Assembly (NCBI GenBank): GCA_964016885.1
Contig: OZ024742.1
Location: 272,738,001 to 272,802,000, forward strand
Source of the DNA: Eledone cirrhosa
Lineage: Eukaryota
Length of the DNA stretch: 64,000 nucleotides
Direction: 5' to 3'
A program made the translations under genes and the position numbers. Shown in pieces: positions 39,373 to 53,100 of the stretch; the stretch's first letter is position 1, and each line of letters starts with the position of its first letter. Below the pieces are notes generated by a model. That model worked only from the letters and a program-made list of their open reading frames with translations, ran no database searches and was not told the DNA's origin.

Positions 39373-42300
39373 GGACGTGCGGTAGATCGCTGGTAAGATT
39401 TTGTAAAATTTTCTATATAAAAACATAATTTATTGTGCGAAAATGTATATTGTTTGATAGAGTAACACCCAGACTGAATTGTCAGCTGGGTAGTAATTTC
39501 AGTTTTCGCCCCACAAGGGCGGAAATTTAATTTAAAAAGTTATTGAGACGTATTAAACATTTTCCTAACTTTAACAATGTGTGACTTACAGCGAACGCTA
39601 GAGGGCGAGAAGAGAGAGAAAGAGACAGATATAACCGTTGTATCTCCCCCTACTTCCATAGAAGTATATATGGAGACAAACAACAACAAAACCTCGTTTC
39701 GTAAAGAAATGGATATTAACACAACAAAAGATACAAATAACAGACCACAACAGACCACCAAAAATACAGAAAATGCAGTAATTGAAACAATTGACACAAC
39801 TGCACACGAAAAAACCGACAACAACAACAAAATTAAAAACACAACATTCGCACAGACAGTGATAAACAAAACAGAGTACAAACATATCGACATAAGCAAC
39901 ACCAAACAAATGGTGACCGATGCAAAACAATTCATAACCTTTGAAGAAAAAGGTGGGTTTTATATAAACTCACCATTGGAAATTAAACGAGAAACAGTTC
40001 GATGGACAATAACCTTCAGAACTGTTTCAAATCAAACGAAAAAACCGGTATTCCTCAGTCAAGGAGAAATTGAAACCACCTTGAAAGAGGCTCTGCCGCA
40101 CAATGATTGTATGCAGAGGGCCAGTCTATATGGAAGTATTTCGGTACTTTTTAAAGCGAGGCCCTCGCACAAAAGCATTCTGTTACACCATTCCTCACAA
40201 AAACACACCCCTTTTTCCCCACTTACATTGGTAAAAGAACACAAAAAATTGAAATGAATATTATACCACCAAACATCAACATTTGGTGGATCTTAGCAGG
40301 CTTCATAGAGCCAGAAAATGATACAATTCTTTCGGTCAGGAAGTCGAAAAGACAAAGGTGGACAGGGAGAAATTTGGAAATTCTGATACAAATGAAACCA
40401 GAAAGAATTTCCAAAATCCCCGAAAGAGTGCTGGTCGACAACCAAAACTACGTTAACATTGTAACTGAGGTTAGAAAGACACTGATTTCGATGAGCAAGC
40501 ACATCACACCTGAAACCCTCCCGCCCTTTACAAACAAATCTTTAAAAAAAGTACTTTTACCAACACCAACACCAAAACAATCACCACCACCACCACCACC
40601 ACCACCGCCACAACAACAACAACAACACACAAAACAAGCAATCATACACAAACAAACAACCTCTCAACCACAAACAAAAGGAAAAACACAGACAGCACCC
40701 CTGAAGAACACAGCCCACCCCTCTCAATCCAACACTACCACAAACACACACACCAAAACACTATCACCAGACAACATACCCCTACCCCACACTCCTGATG
40801 ATGATTATTCAACAACAGATGAGGCTGCTTCTCATTCTTTAAGTGAAGAAGAAGAGACCCGGAAATACAAAAAACAAAAAAAGAGACACCACAAAACACC
40901 CAAAACACCAATCACCAACACCAACACACAACTATAGACACAAACAACAGCACAAACAACACCACAACCAAACCTTCCCCTACCAACCAATCAAACACCA
41001 ACACCACCCCAAAAACAAAAAAAACAAAACTCACAGACGAACAACAAACTAAAGCAACACAACCAAAACAAAAACAACAATGTACATACATCAACACCAA
41101 CAACAACAATTTGATGGAGGTCATCTCACAGGACCCCAAAATGGAAACTGAGGGGAAAACCTTTGTAAAAGCAGACTCTCAACCACACCTAAAACTAATA
41201 AGTGGTTCGATAGAAACCTATCCGAAATTGAAAGAACAGTTTTCGCAGGATGTTGGCAACCCCTGTCAAAAACCTATTAACCGCGTCTCATTAAAATGTT
41301 TCGCCACCCCACCAAACACCCCACCAGTACTGAAATGGAGATTGAACAACCCGATCTCTAGGAAACGAAAAGGTAAGTGCACCTTTTCGTCCTTTTCGCC
41401 AACTCTTCTCTACGAACATGGCTGACTTACGAGTTGGAAGAGTGAATGTGCGTGGCCTAAGGATGCCCTGGAAATAGGGCCAACTTTTAAACGACCTTAG
41501 GTGACACGGTATAGATGTAATAGCCATCACCGAGTCCAGGATCCACAACAGGCAGCAACTAACACCCATCTTCAATGACTTTGAGATCTACGCATCTCTC
41601 TCAGCCAGGAGGAGTGACTGTCATGTTTCGGAAAAACCTGGATCTCGAAATACAGCAAGTACACTTGGACCCGGAGGGTAGACTGGTGGTCCTAGATGTG
41701 AAGAATATTGGAGGTGGAGCCTTCAGACTGGTGGCCGTTTATACCCCGAGCGAGCAATCACAATCGCGGCCAGACTTCTTTAAGTGTCTAGACTCTTTTC
41801 TGGGAACGTGGCTCTCCTTGCTTTTAGTGGGGCCTTGGAATGGTATCATAGATGCACGATGGGACTATGTAGGATCATGTCCCAGTACAGGGGGTGCAAC
41901 AGCCTCAAAAATGTAATCGGCCAATTCCAACTGGCCGATAGGAATCGACTGGATTTCCCGACTGCACCACAGTTGACGTGGGCAAACCATATCGTATATA
42001 TATAGGTTCTTCATTAGAGAAAGGGACAAGGAGATCTTAAGCTATCCACGAATGCACATGGTTGCCTATTCAGATCACAAATTAGTCGTCTGCATAGTGA
42101 ACCGTGATAGAACACATAGACATGAACCCGGATACTGGAAGCTGAACGTGTCGTTGCCGGCACGTAAAGCTTACAGTGAACGGATAAGTAGACTAGTCAA
42201 GCAACAGTTAACGGGAGCCATCATCAACAATAGATGGTCGTACTCTCTCAAGAAAGCAATTAGAGTAGAATCGATAGGGTTTAGCAGAAGGTTAGCCTTA

Positions 42301-45040
42301 GAGAAAAATAAAATAGAAAGAGAACTAGTAGCCAAGGTAGAGGAGGCACTTAGAAGTGGCAACGCGACTAGAATGTTAGCGTCGAGAACGGTACTGAACC
42401 AGTTCTTCGACGTGAAACACGAAGGCGGTGTGGTCAGAAGCAAAACACGTGCTCTTGGAAACGAAGGAGTGAAAGCTGTCAGCTGGGCTCGAGAGGCGGA
42501 GGTGAAAAGTCCACGATTCGGTCTTTGAAAGACGAAAACGGACGCGTGCTACTTGACCCCAAGCAAATGTGCGCGGCCTTTCAGCAGCACTTTGCACGAC
42601 TGTTTGAGCAGAACGACGGTGAGCCGAATGGGGTATTGGACTTTAGTTTATAGCTCGACGGCCTGCCGCGTATCTCAAACACGGACGCCGATTTCAGCGA
42701 AAGACCGATAAGGGACACTGGACGCTCTGGGCTACTGCGGGAAACGCAAGTCCCACGGTATAGATAATCTACCCTATGAGTTTTACATAGGCATGACGGT
42801 CTTGTTCTCTGGCGTTCTCGAAGATGTCTACTGCAATTGGCACCAGAACGGGAGAATTCCCAGTTCTGCAGGCAAGGGTGTAGTAACGCTGATCAGGAAA
42901 GACGAGAACAAGGGGGACGAAATTAACAACTTCAGGCCCATAACTCTGCTCAACGCAGAGTTAAACGTTTTGGCGAAGCTACTAGCGACGAGGTTGGCCT
43001 TTGTCGTCGAGAACCTGGTAGGAAAAGCGCAAACGATATTCAATCCCGACCAGGTCCATACACGACAACCTCCACTTCATGCGATACATCATAGAGAGGG
43101 TGGGCAGTAAACCCGGCTTCGATGGGGCTCTGATCAATTTGGATCAGTCTAAGGCATTCGATAGGGTCGCCCATTGATACTTGGAAACGGTTCTCAAGGC
43201 GGCCGGTTTAGGTCCAGTTTTCAGAGGCTGGATCGAGGTGATGCACACCAGCATCTGCTCGAGGTTCAAGGTGAACGGTTACCTATCGGCGCCGTTCGCA
43301 ATCACGCGTTCCGTTCGACAGGGATGTCCTCTCTCCTCCATTGGGTATGTATTGACTCTAGAGCCACTACTGCGGAAATTGGAGCTGTTGTAGGGCATCC
43401 CTCTAGACCGAGACTGCGCAAAGCGGCGTCGGCTTATGCCGATGTCGTGACTGTAATGGTGTCGAGCACCTCGGAAATCGGGATGATCGGCAACTTACTG
43501 AAAGAATACGAAACGCTGACGGGAGTAAAACTAAATCCTGACAAGTCTGTCGGTTTGCAACTCGGTACGTGGAGAGGTAAACCGATAACGTCCGACAGCG
43601 TCGTTTGATGCTGGACGGACCGACCGATGAAATTTCTCGTGGTCTGGTTCGGTCTAGACCTCCAGGTGGAGAAAAACTGGAACGAGGTCACGGCCAGGGT
43701 GTTTGCGCTCAGCCAGAAGTGGGCAGAGTTCAAACGGTCCTTGAAAGGTCGAGCGGATGTGGCGAACACTTCATAGCGTCCGTCATCTATTACCGCTTGA
43801 CTGTCGTGCCTTGTTCCCGTGAACACCTCGCCAAGATAGAACTCATGATCTTCCAGTTGCTGTGGAAGATGCAGCCTCCGCTGGTGACGTGATCCGTGTG
43901 CTGTCAGCACCCTTCCAACGGAGGGCTGGGAATGGCGTGGCTGATGATGGGCAAACATGCGCTGAGGCTGTGGCATCTCCAGGTATTCCTCACCAACCCC
44001 CAACCGGTGTGGGCACCGTTTGTGAGACAGGCTTTCCCGCAGCTCGTCTCGCTGACGGAGCTGCAGTCGTGGGTCAAATAAAGACCGAAAACGATGGGTG
44101 CCTGGCACATTGAATGCGATCAGGGGCTCACAGTCCTCTGGCTAGCGTGCACAGCAATCAGTGGAGACTCCACTTCGACAGTCTATAGAGGGATTGTACG
44201 TTACAAGGGCGTCGACGTGCTCGGAAAAACTCTGGGCGTCGAAGACGATGAGCTCACCAGTCTGTTTGGTAGGACTTTCCGCCCGGGACCTATGGACAAC
44301 TTCCAGAGGTCACTGGCCTGCACTGCTACCGAGGAACTCTACCAGTTCGCAGACAAGATCTACAGGCACGGACGCTCCGGCAGGGATCCTTCAAAGAGGA
44401 CGTGTCCAAGATGCGCGCAGGACGTTGAAACTGTCCTGCACGAAATTGTACAATGCCCGGGCGTAACTGACCTGTGAAACTATGCAAAACAACTGCTGTC
44501 GCGTATGCCGAGTCCATAGTAAGGATCAAACCGCCAGCCTCTTTCAAAAACGAAAGGGAGGCGGTTTTCCTCTGTACAGAGGATATGCTGAAAGAGGTTA
44601 TATGGTGGATGAGATTGAGAGGACTGAGGGCAGATGCCTTTCTCTCCGGACAACAATTGATTCAATTCTTTAAGTATCACTTTCGAAGGAGAATCAGAGT
44701 GAAGAGAGAGGCACTGTACCCCAGTAAATTTACTGAAAGGTGGGTGAATGAAGCGAAAATGGTCCGAGTGATTGGGCTTTCTCTGTTTATAAGCCTGTAG
44801 GTTAAAGAAGAGAACAAAAGGAAGAAAGAAGGGAGCACTTGCACAACACGCTCCTGAAGTTGAGGGTTGTTCTATCGACGGGGTATTAAACAACCCATTT
44901 GTGGGGCTTTCCTCTATTGGGGATTTCGATTGTTATAATTGTTTGTTATATATCTTTTACACGACTGTATGTAAAATCCCCGGCATGTGTCATTGTATTG
45001 TCCCCTTTTCTTGTGCGCCCTTCTGGCAAATAAAGAAATA
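39373..45040 (+). mobile_element. Tx1/L1-clade LINE, full length, decayed (copy E)
   Basis: ORF1 pieces 39577-40937 (Thr/Pro/Gln-rich). ORF2 from about 41418 (MADLRVGRVNVRGL): APE, RT (NFRPITLLN, RSVRQGCPLS, SAYADV), CCHC (TCPRC...LHEIVQC), AATAAA then (TCTA)n. Confidence 0.9.
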
Positions 45041-45069
45041 TATCTATCTATGTATCTATCTATCTATAT

Positions 45070-48000
45070 TCTTCCATCGTCTGGAGACTTTTCTAGGGAC
45101 GTCCCGCTCCTTGCTATTAGTGGGGGACTGGAATGGTATCCTAGATGCACGCTGGGACTACGTAGGGGCCTGTCCCGATAGAGAGGGGTGTAATAGCCTC
45201 AAAGGGTTAATCGGTCGATTTGACCTGGCCGATAGATATCGACTAGATTTTCCGACTGCGCCAACCTGGACTTGGGCATATCGTAGCGGAACATCTAGGT
45301 CGTACCTAGATAGGTTCTTAGTTAGAATTAAGGATAAGGACTTTTTAAGTTGTCCAAAAATGCGCATGGTTGGCTATTCAGACCACAAATTAGTGACCTA
45401 CATGGTCAACCTTGACAGAACTCATAGACAGGGACCCGGTTACTGGAAGCTCAACTTGTCCTTACCGGCAAGTAAGGCTAACAAGAACCGGATTAGCACT
45501 TTAGTTAAGGAGCGGTTGACGGGCGCCATCGTCAACAGCAGGTGGTGGGGATCTCTCAAAAGAGAGATTAGAGTAGTCTCTATAGAATTTAGCAAGGAGT
45601 TAGCCTCCAATAGAAATAGGAAGGAAAGGGAGTTGGTAGATAGTGTAGAAGAGGCAATTAGAAGCGGCGACGTGGCCAGAGTGCTAGCGTCGAGAACGGC
45701 CCTGGGCCAGTTCTTCGACGCGAAACACGAAGGCTGCATCGTCCGAAGCAAAATACGTGCTCTGGGAAACGAGGGGACCAAAGCTGTTAGCTGGGCCCGC
45801 GTGACAGAAGCCAAAAGAGGGAGCAGATCCACTATCCGGTCTTTGCGAGACCAGGATGGACGGGTGATCCTTGAACCTAAGCAGATGTGCCAGGCTTTTC
45901 AAAAGCACTTTGCCGAATTGTTCGGAAGGGGCGGGGGGCCGGCTGGGGACGTGGACTTCGGTCCATACCTCGACGGCCTGCCGCGTCTCTCGGACTATGA
46001 GGCGAAGTCCTGCGAGGAGCCGATTTCAGCCCCTGAGATAGAGGACGTGCTGAGCCAATGCGGCAAACGCAAATCCCCGGGTCTCGATGGTCTTCCATAC
46101 GAACTATATCTAGCTATGCCGGACTTGTCCCCCGAACTCCTCGAGGCGGTCTACTGCAACTGGCGACAGAACGGGAGAATTCCCTGTGCTGTGACCAAGG
46201 GCGTAGTCACGCTAGTGAGGAAGGACGAGAACAAGGGTGACGATATAAATAATTTCAGGCCCATAACTCTGCTAAATACAGAGTTACAGATGTTGTCCAA
46301 GGTGCTAGCAAAGAGGTTGGCGCTTGTCGTGGGTAACCTGGTGGGAGATGCGTAGACATGTGCTATCCCGTCCAGGTCCATCCACAATAACCTCCACCTC
46401 ATGCGATACATCATAGAGAGGGTTGGGAACGAACCCAGCTTTGGTGGGGCCCTGATCAACTTGGATCAATCTAAGGCATTCGATAGGGTCGACCATGGTT
46501 ACCTGGATGCGGTGCTAGCGGCGGCAGGCTTCGGACCCGTTTTCAGGGGCTGGATCAATACCATGCACAGCAACCGCATCTGCTCTAGGGTCAAGGTGAA
46601 CGGCTACCTCTCGGAGCCGTTCGAAATCGCGCGGTCCATCCGACAGGGGTGCCCTCTCTCCTCCCTTCTGTATGTAGTGACTCTAGAGCCACTGCTGCGG
46701 AAGTTGGAGTTGTTGCAGGGCATCCCGTTGGAACCGGGATTGCGGAAAGCGGTGTCAGCCTACGCCGATGACGTAACAGTAATGGTGTCGACGGCCTCGG
46801 AAATCGGGGCGATCGGCACCTTACTGGAGGAGTACGAAAGGTTTACAGGGGCTAAGCTGAACCGGGACAAGTCGATCGGTCTGCAACTCGGCACGTGGAG
46901 GGGCATATCGATGCCCTCCGATGGCGTCATCGGGCGCTGGACGGAGGGCCCGGTGAAATTGCTCGGGGTCTGGTTCGGACCAGACCTCCAGGTGGAGAAG
47001 AACTGGGGTGAGGTGACGAGCAGGGTGTTTGCACTGACCCAGAAGTGGGCCGAGTGCAAACTGTCCCTGAAAGGTCGGGCGAAGGTGGCGAACACTTATA
47101 TAGCGTCCGTCATCTACTACCGCCTGACCGTGGTGCCTTGCCCAAAATGGAGCGCTCACTCTTCCAATTCCTTTGGAAGAAGCGGGCTCCTATGGTGAGG
47201 AGATCCATCTGCTGTCAACACCCTTCGAAAGGAGGGCTGGGGATGCCGTGGCTGATGATACGTAAACACGCATTAAGGCTACGGCACCTTCAGGTATTCC
47301 TCTCCGGTCAACCGGTGTGGGCCCCGTTTGTGAGGCGAGCCTTTCCCAGACTCGTCTCACTCACCGAGCTGCAATCCTGGGTCAAGCAAAGACCGAGAAA
47401 ACTGGGCGCCTGGCACACTGAGTGTGCCCAGGCGCTCACAGCTCTCTGGCAGGCGGACCCGGCTGTCAGTGGAGAATCCACCTCGTCATTCTATAGAGGG
47501 CTGGTGGTTAGCAGGTGCGACGACGCCCTCGGAGAAGCCCTAGGCATGGAGGAAGACGAACTGGCCAACCTGTTCGGTAGGACATGCAGCCCGGGACCCA
47601 TGGATAACTTCCAGAGGTCCCTGGCCTGGCAATACTACAGAAGGGCTCTGCTCGTTTGAGAAAGGCTCTACAGACACGGCCCCCGGGTAGGGACTCATCG
47701 AAAAAGGTCTGTCCCAGATGCGTGTGCGACGAGGAAACCGTTGCACACGCATTGGTACACTGCTCGGGCATTGCCGATCTGTGGGGCTATGTCGAACAAC
47801 TGTTGTCAAGGGTGGGATCGATCCGGTTGACCACCGAATCTATTGTAACGATCAAGCCGCCTCCCCTCTTCAAAAACGAAGGAGAGGCGGTGTTTCTGTG
47901 CGTAATAGCCATGGCGAAAGAGGTTGTATGGTGGACGCGTCTGAAAGGACTGAGGTCAGACACCTTTCTCTCTGGCCAACAACTGGTCCGTTTCTTCCGA

Positions 48001-48390
48001 TATCATTTCGGAAGAAGGATCAGGATGAGAGAGAGAGGTGCTGCACCCCAGCCGTTTCTATGAAAGATGGGTGAAAGTGGCGAGAATGGCCCGTGTGAAT
48101 GGGCCTTCACTCTACATCAGACTATAGGTGAGGAAGATGGAAGACCAAGGGAGCACCCCTTCTCTGTGCTCCTGAGGAGAAGGGTTGCACACTTTTTTCG
48201 GGGGTGTGTGCGACCCCCCAAGGCGCCTCCTCTCTATTGAGGACTTTGTTATAAATTTTATTTTTTGTTATATTTTATTTTATTTTTATATATTGTTATT
48301 GCCTCCTCCTTATTGAGGACGCCTTGTTTTGTAAACTCCCCCCATTGTACTTGTCCCACTTTTGATGCCCTGGTGGCAAATAAAAGAAAC
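45070..48390 (+). mobile_element. Tx1 LINE, 5'-truncated, least decayed copy (copy F)
   Basis: Long open stretches 45070-46355 and 46401-47198 with LVGDWN, SYLDR, YSDH (APE), KSPGLDG, DQSKAFDRVDH, RQGCPLS, SAYADDV (RT). Premature TAG at 46353; later frameshifts; long (TCTA)n tail at 48392-48485. Confidence 0.93.
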
Positions 48391-48391
48391 A

Positions 48392-48460
<69 letters not shown>

Positions 48461-48471
48461 GTCTATCTATC

Positions 48472-48505
<34 letters not shown>

Positions 48506-50111
48506 AATACATACAGAGTGTGAAGGACATGCCTTCATGTAGGATGGTGGTTTAGTACATACAGTTCAAAGATGTATAGATGAAAGGAAAAATAATAAAG
48601 TGGATATAGTTACAGAGAATGAGAGATATGAAGATTAGTAGTTCAAACAACTTCCGCAATCAAGTTATTATCATTGTCTAGAATAGATGTCGTTAGCCTT
48701 GTTTTCACGTTAGGACATTAGTTCATGAATGGACTAAAATGTATTGATATTCTTCATTGTCGGGATTTTTTAGGCATATCAAAGTGTATGTTATACTGCC
48801 GACCTAATTAGCCGTATACGGCTTGGATACATTGATGTTATCTTAGTTAGGGATACTGTTTAATAGGATGTTTGTCGCCGCGTTGAGGAAACAAGACATA
48901 GTAAATGTGGATGGCAGTATTAAAGTTTCTGTTCGAAGGGAACGATGTCGATTTCGAATTGTATGCTAGTCGGGATTATAATGAGGGATTTATATATACT
49001 AGCTGACGTACCCAGCTTCGCCCGGGTAAACAGATGATAAGAGAAGACAGATAAAAGAGAAAATGACTGTATTGGTTGTTTGTCTGGTTACAGTATGAGG
49101 CGTGTCCGTGGTGCCTGTGTCATACAAAAAAAACAGTAAAATAAATCTTCCAGACATACCAGATTCTACGTGTACCGTTTGCGCATAGTATATGAAGAAT
49201 TCTAGGTGCTCTCACCTAGAATAGTGACCTCTGGGAGATGGTTCATCTTCTGCCTGACTGTAAAACCTGTATGATTGCATAGACGTGGTTTTTCAACGTT
49301 TCTCAAAAGGATGATGGAAGTTCCAATCTTTTATATTATATGTAGATATAGACATAGATAATTAATATAAAATATGTCAGTCAATGTAAAAAAGGTCCCT
49401 ATTTACTTGAAATGGTTTATACAAATGCCAAATTAATATGGATATGGATAACATGCTTATCTATAAGTGGTCAGCTATAATAATAAAACAACAACTTATA
49501 TGACACAAAAATGTATTCAGTAATTTCCAGGTTATTAGCTACTGAGTAATAGACTGTCTATGTTGCCCAAAGTTCAACTGGGGGAGGTGGCTTGGTTTAA
49601 ACTCCATATGTCGGATGCTTCTACTTCGAAAATAGAATCGTTTTTAAATATTACTCTAGCCCTGGGCGGCCATGGAATCCAACCTTTTTTCCAGACTCAG
49701 TATATGATGAGGTTTTATTACCACCGCAATCAGAAGCGATGAATTTGAAGGCAATTTCTACCAATACATGTCGGTTTTTATTGCACATTATCGACAATAA
49801 ATGACATTGAACAGAAATGATAACTCTTTCAAAGCTCACAATACTGATCAAAGGACACCAATGTCTGAATCATTTACGTCGAATATTCATAGCAGTGAAG
49901 GCAATTTCTACAAATACGTGTTGGTATTTATTGCGCAACATAGCAGTGAAAGCAATTGTTACCAATAGTTGTTTGTTTGTATTGCTCATAACGACATTAA
50001 ATTACATTGAACATAAATGATAACTGTGTCAAAGCTCACAATACTGATCGAAGGACACAGATGTCCGAGTCATTTACGTCGCTTATTGATAGCATTAAGG
50101 ATATGCATACA

Positions 50112-53100
50112 TCAGCTCAAAACTTCATTATAGATAATATTCTGGGTTGCTACTCTGTTAGTGGTATTAATTGCAAATGTTATACCATCAAAATCGCACA
50201 CTCGAGATGCATCAACATACAGTTGCCGATGGATTAATGCTGGATCATTCAAGTAGAGACCGACTCGCTTGAAAGTCTGTCCCTGTGCCATGTTGACAGT
50301 GATGGAAAAGGCCACATTGACGGGAAACTGTCTCCTTTGCCATATGAATGGCAGCAGATCTTCCCTTGGTCTCAGCATGATCCTCGATACGAGAAGCGAT
50401 TCCTCTCTGCCTGGGAGTTTAGCTTCTAAAACTCTTCCGTTAATCAATCTCTCAACAATCAATCTGGTACCATTGCAAAGATCCATTTTATGATTGATAT
50501 TTCTAAGCAATATAATCGGCATACCCTTTTGCAACCTCAAAATATATGGGGTATATCCAGGTATTTGAAGTGAATTCAGATACTCAGTCGGAACATCCAT
50601 ATTATTCTGCTGATTAGGCTCCATTTCATCAGCACTGAAGGTCACCAATTACTCTCCAGGAAACATTCCGGCTACTTGTGAATTTATTTCATCGACCGTT
50701 GCATTCGTATGAGTTAGTATAACGCGTTCCGATAGCCAGGAGATATTCTGCCCAAAAGCATTAAAATTAGGGAAGACCCAGTCAATGATTGCGTGGCGTT
50801 CCAGTGGCATTACCAAATGGTCAGGGATTCTTGCAGTCTGATTATCACCAACGTGTGGCAATTAATCGTTTCCCAACTGCATCAACCATCGGCCGTATGT
50901 CTCAGCCTCTTCGTTTTGCCCGAAAATACGAAGTCGGATATTATCATGTAATCGCAAAACTCTGAAATGGCGCCACAACGGGGACTTTTTCAGACATGCA
51001 TCGACAATTTGCGCTCTTTGAGCATTCCTAACAACTGTTAGCTCCTGTCTGAACTGGCCACCAAGAACGAAGTCTTACCACCGAATGACAGGTCAATACC
51101 GCAGATCTCTCTCAACGTTCTGTCCAATGCCTCCAGCAAATATCTGTGTGCCATTGGGGCCTCGTCCCAAATAATCAGAGTCGTATTGCGTATAAAGCCC
51201 GCGAGTTCAATTTGTGCTGTAATGTTACTGACACTCAACTTATCCGGAGCCAATGGAGCCTTGAATCATGAGTGGAAGGTCCTTCGACCACTCAGCAAAG
51301 TGGCAGCGATCCCACTGGTGACCACAGGGAGAGCAATCTTACTCTGAGCTTTGACTGCCGATAACATAGTTTTGAAACAGAATGCCTTTCCGGTGCCTCC
51401 TAGAGTATCTATGAAAGCATAAAGTTGCTCATTAGTGGAAATCAAGTGGAGAACGCCATCTACCAATTCTCTCTCAGATTGGGTCAACATTGTCATACAT
51501 TCATGCACAATAAGTTGCTATTCAGTGGATGAAGCTGGAATAGTTCCCTCCGATCGAGTGGCAACCGTATAAACTGAAATCTCATGTCCAATGCTAAGAC
51601 ACGTTGCCTCATTTCTTCATCAGAATTTGGCAAATTGAAATCTCTTAAAAATTTGAAATGAACTTCAAGCAGTTGCTCAATATTGAGCAAAACAATATCT
51701 TTCATCAAATTTTCATCATCGACCTGACGATGATGCCTAAAATCATCAGCCATAACTCCCCAATGGCGTTCAAATAACTCTCTTGGATCGGCAGGATTGC
51801 AGAATCCTAGAATCGAGACAAACAACTGCCTTATTTGAGCTGGCATCTGTGTTGCTCCTGCAGCTTCCATGGCGTTATTCCATTCAGCGTCATCCTGACA
51901 CACAGCCTGGTATGTTTCATATTCACGCCATTGATTGTTTTCAAATCAGCGAAGCTCTGTTTACCTCTCGAAAAATTATTCTGCAACAGAATTCGGAGAT
52001 AAAAGACATCGCCAGATGCTGGATGGACATTATAAACCCGTCCAATAGTCATGAATCTCAACTTTTGTTTTCTATCGTTCCATTTCTTTCCCTTCATATT
52101 CCACGTATAGTGCGAAGGGAAATCGCAGTAGAGTTACCTTTGATCCGGGTTCAAAGCAAGTTCCCTATTAAGCTTGAACCACTCAGTCAATTCCGTCTTA
52201 GGAGGTGGTGCATTAGCAAATCTTTCGAGAACTCTTCTAGTGTCTTGAAAACAGACCATTTGCCTATTCTCTAAGTGAACCTTTAGTTTCTGAACGCTGT
52301 GTTTGCGTTCATTGAGATCAAATCAAACAATCTCCAGCAAGCTTCGCGAGATCCAATCAAGCGAACATCCTGGAACCTGCCAACTTCATCTACTTGGTTC
52401 GCTTCCTCATTCCTGACATTGAACATTGCCCGATCATGACCTTTGGAAACATATTTGAATAGATATTTGCAAGCTTTCACTCAACTACATATTTCCACAT
52501 TAATATGACAACGATATTTCATAATCAAATATGGATTGTATGACACAACCCATTGATTTGTAACCTGTCGACCGTTTACATTTTCGACCAAACCGCCATC
52601 TGCAGGCGACCGTCTTCTGTATGAGGGATGAGCATCCCCATCGTTCCAGGAAGTGTTCGTGACAAAAGATTTCGGAGAGTGCTTACTGCATTGACCATTT
52701 TTCATGCAAGGCGCTTTCCAATTTGCCACTCCGCATTGGTTTGTTCACCATTGACTTTGCCACCAAGTTGCGTAGTGCCTCATTCTCCGGCAGTTCAGCA
52801 CCCACATCGCTGTCGATATCCTCAGTACATTTCAATTTGCAATCTTTATGTAAAATGATAAGCAAATGTGCATGTGGCAGTCCTCTTTTTGGGATTCAAT
52901 TACGTATGTAAAAGCAACTATACCCCCAAATATTCCCTCTTTTTCCACATCATCCATTATCCTTTTCAGATATCCTTTGAATACACTTGCCACAGTATCA
53001 GGACGGTCCTTTTTGCAGTTATCCTGGCAAAAATGCATTCTTAATATCAGTCCATTCAGGATTGCATGTAACCGTTATAATCAAATCTGGCTTTCCAAAC

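Noticed and set aside
44901-46355. 484-aa ORF as an intact gene
   Set aside because: The N-terminal 55 or so residues come from the 3' UTR and (TCTA)n of the upstream element; the rest is truncated Tx1 ORF2 ending at a premature stop.
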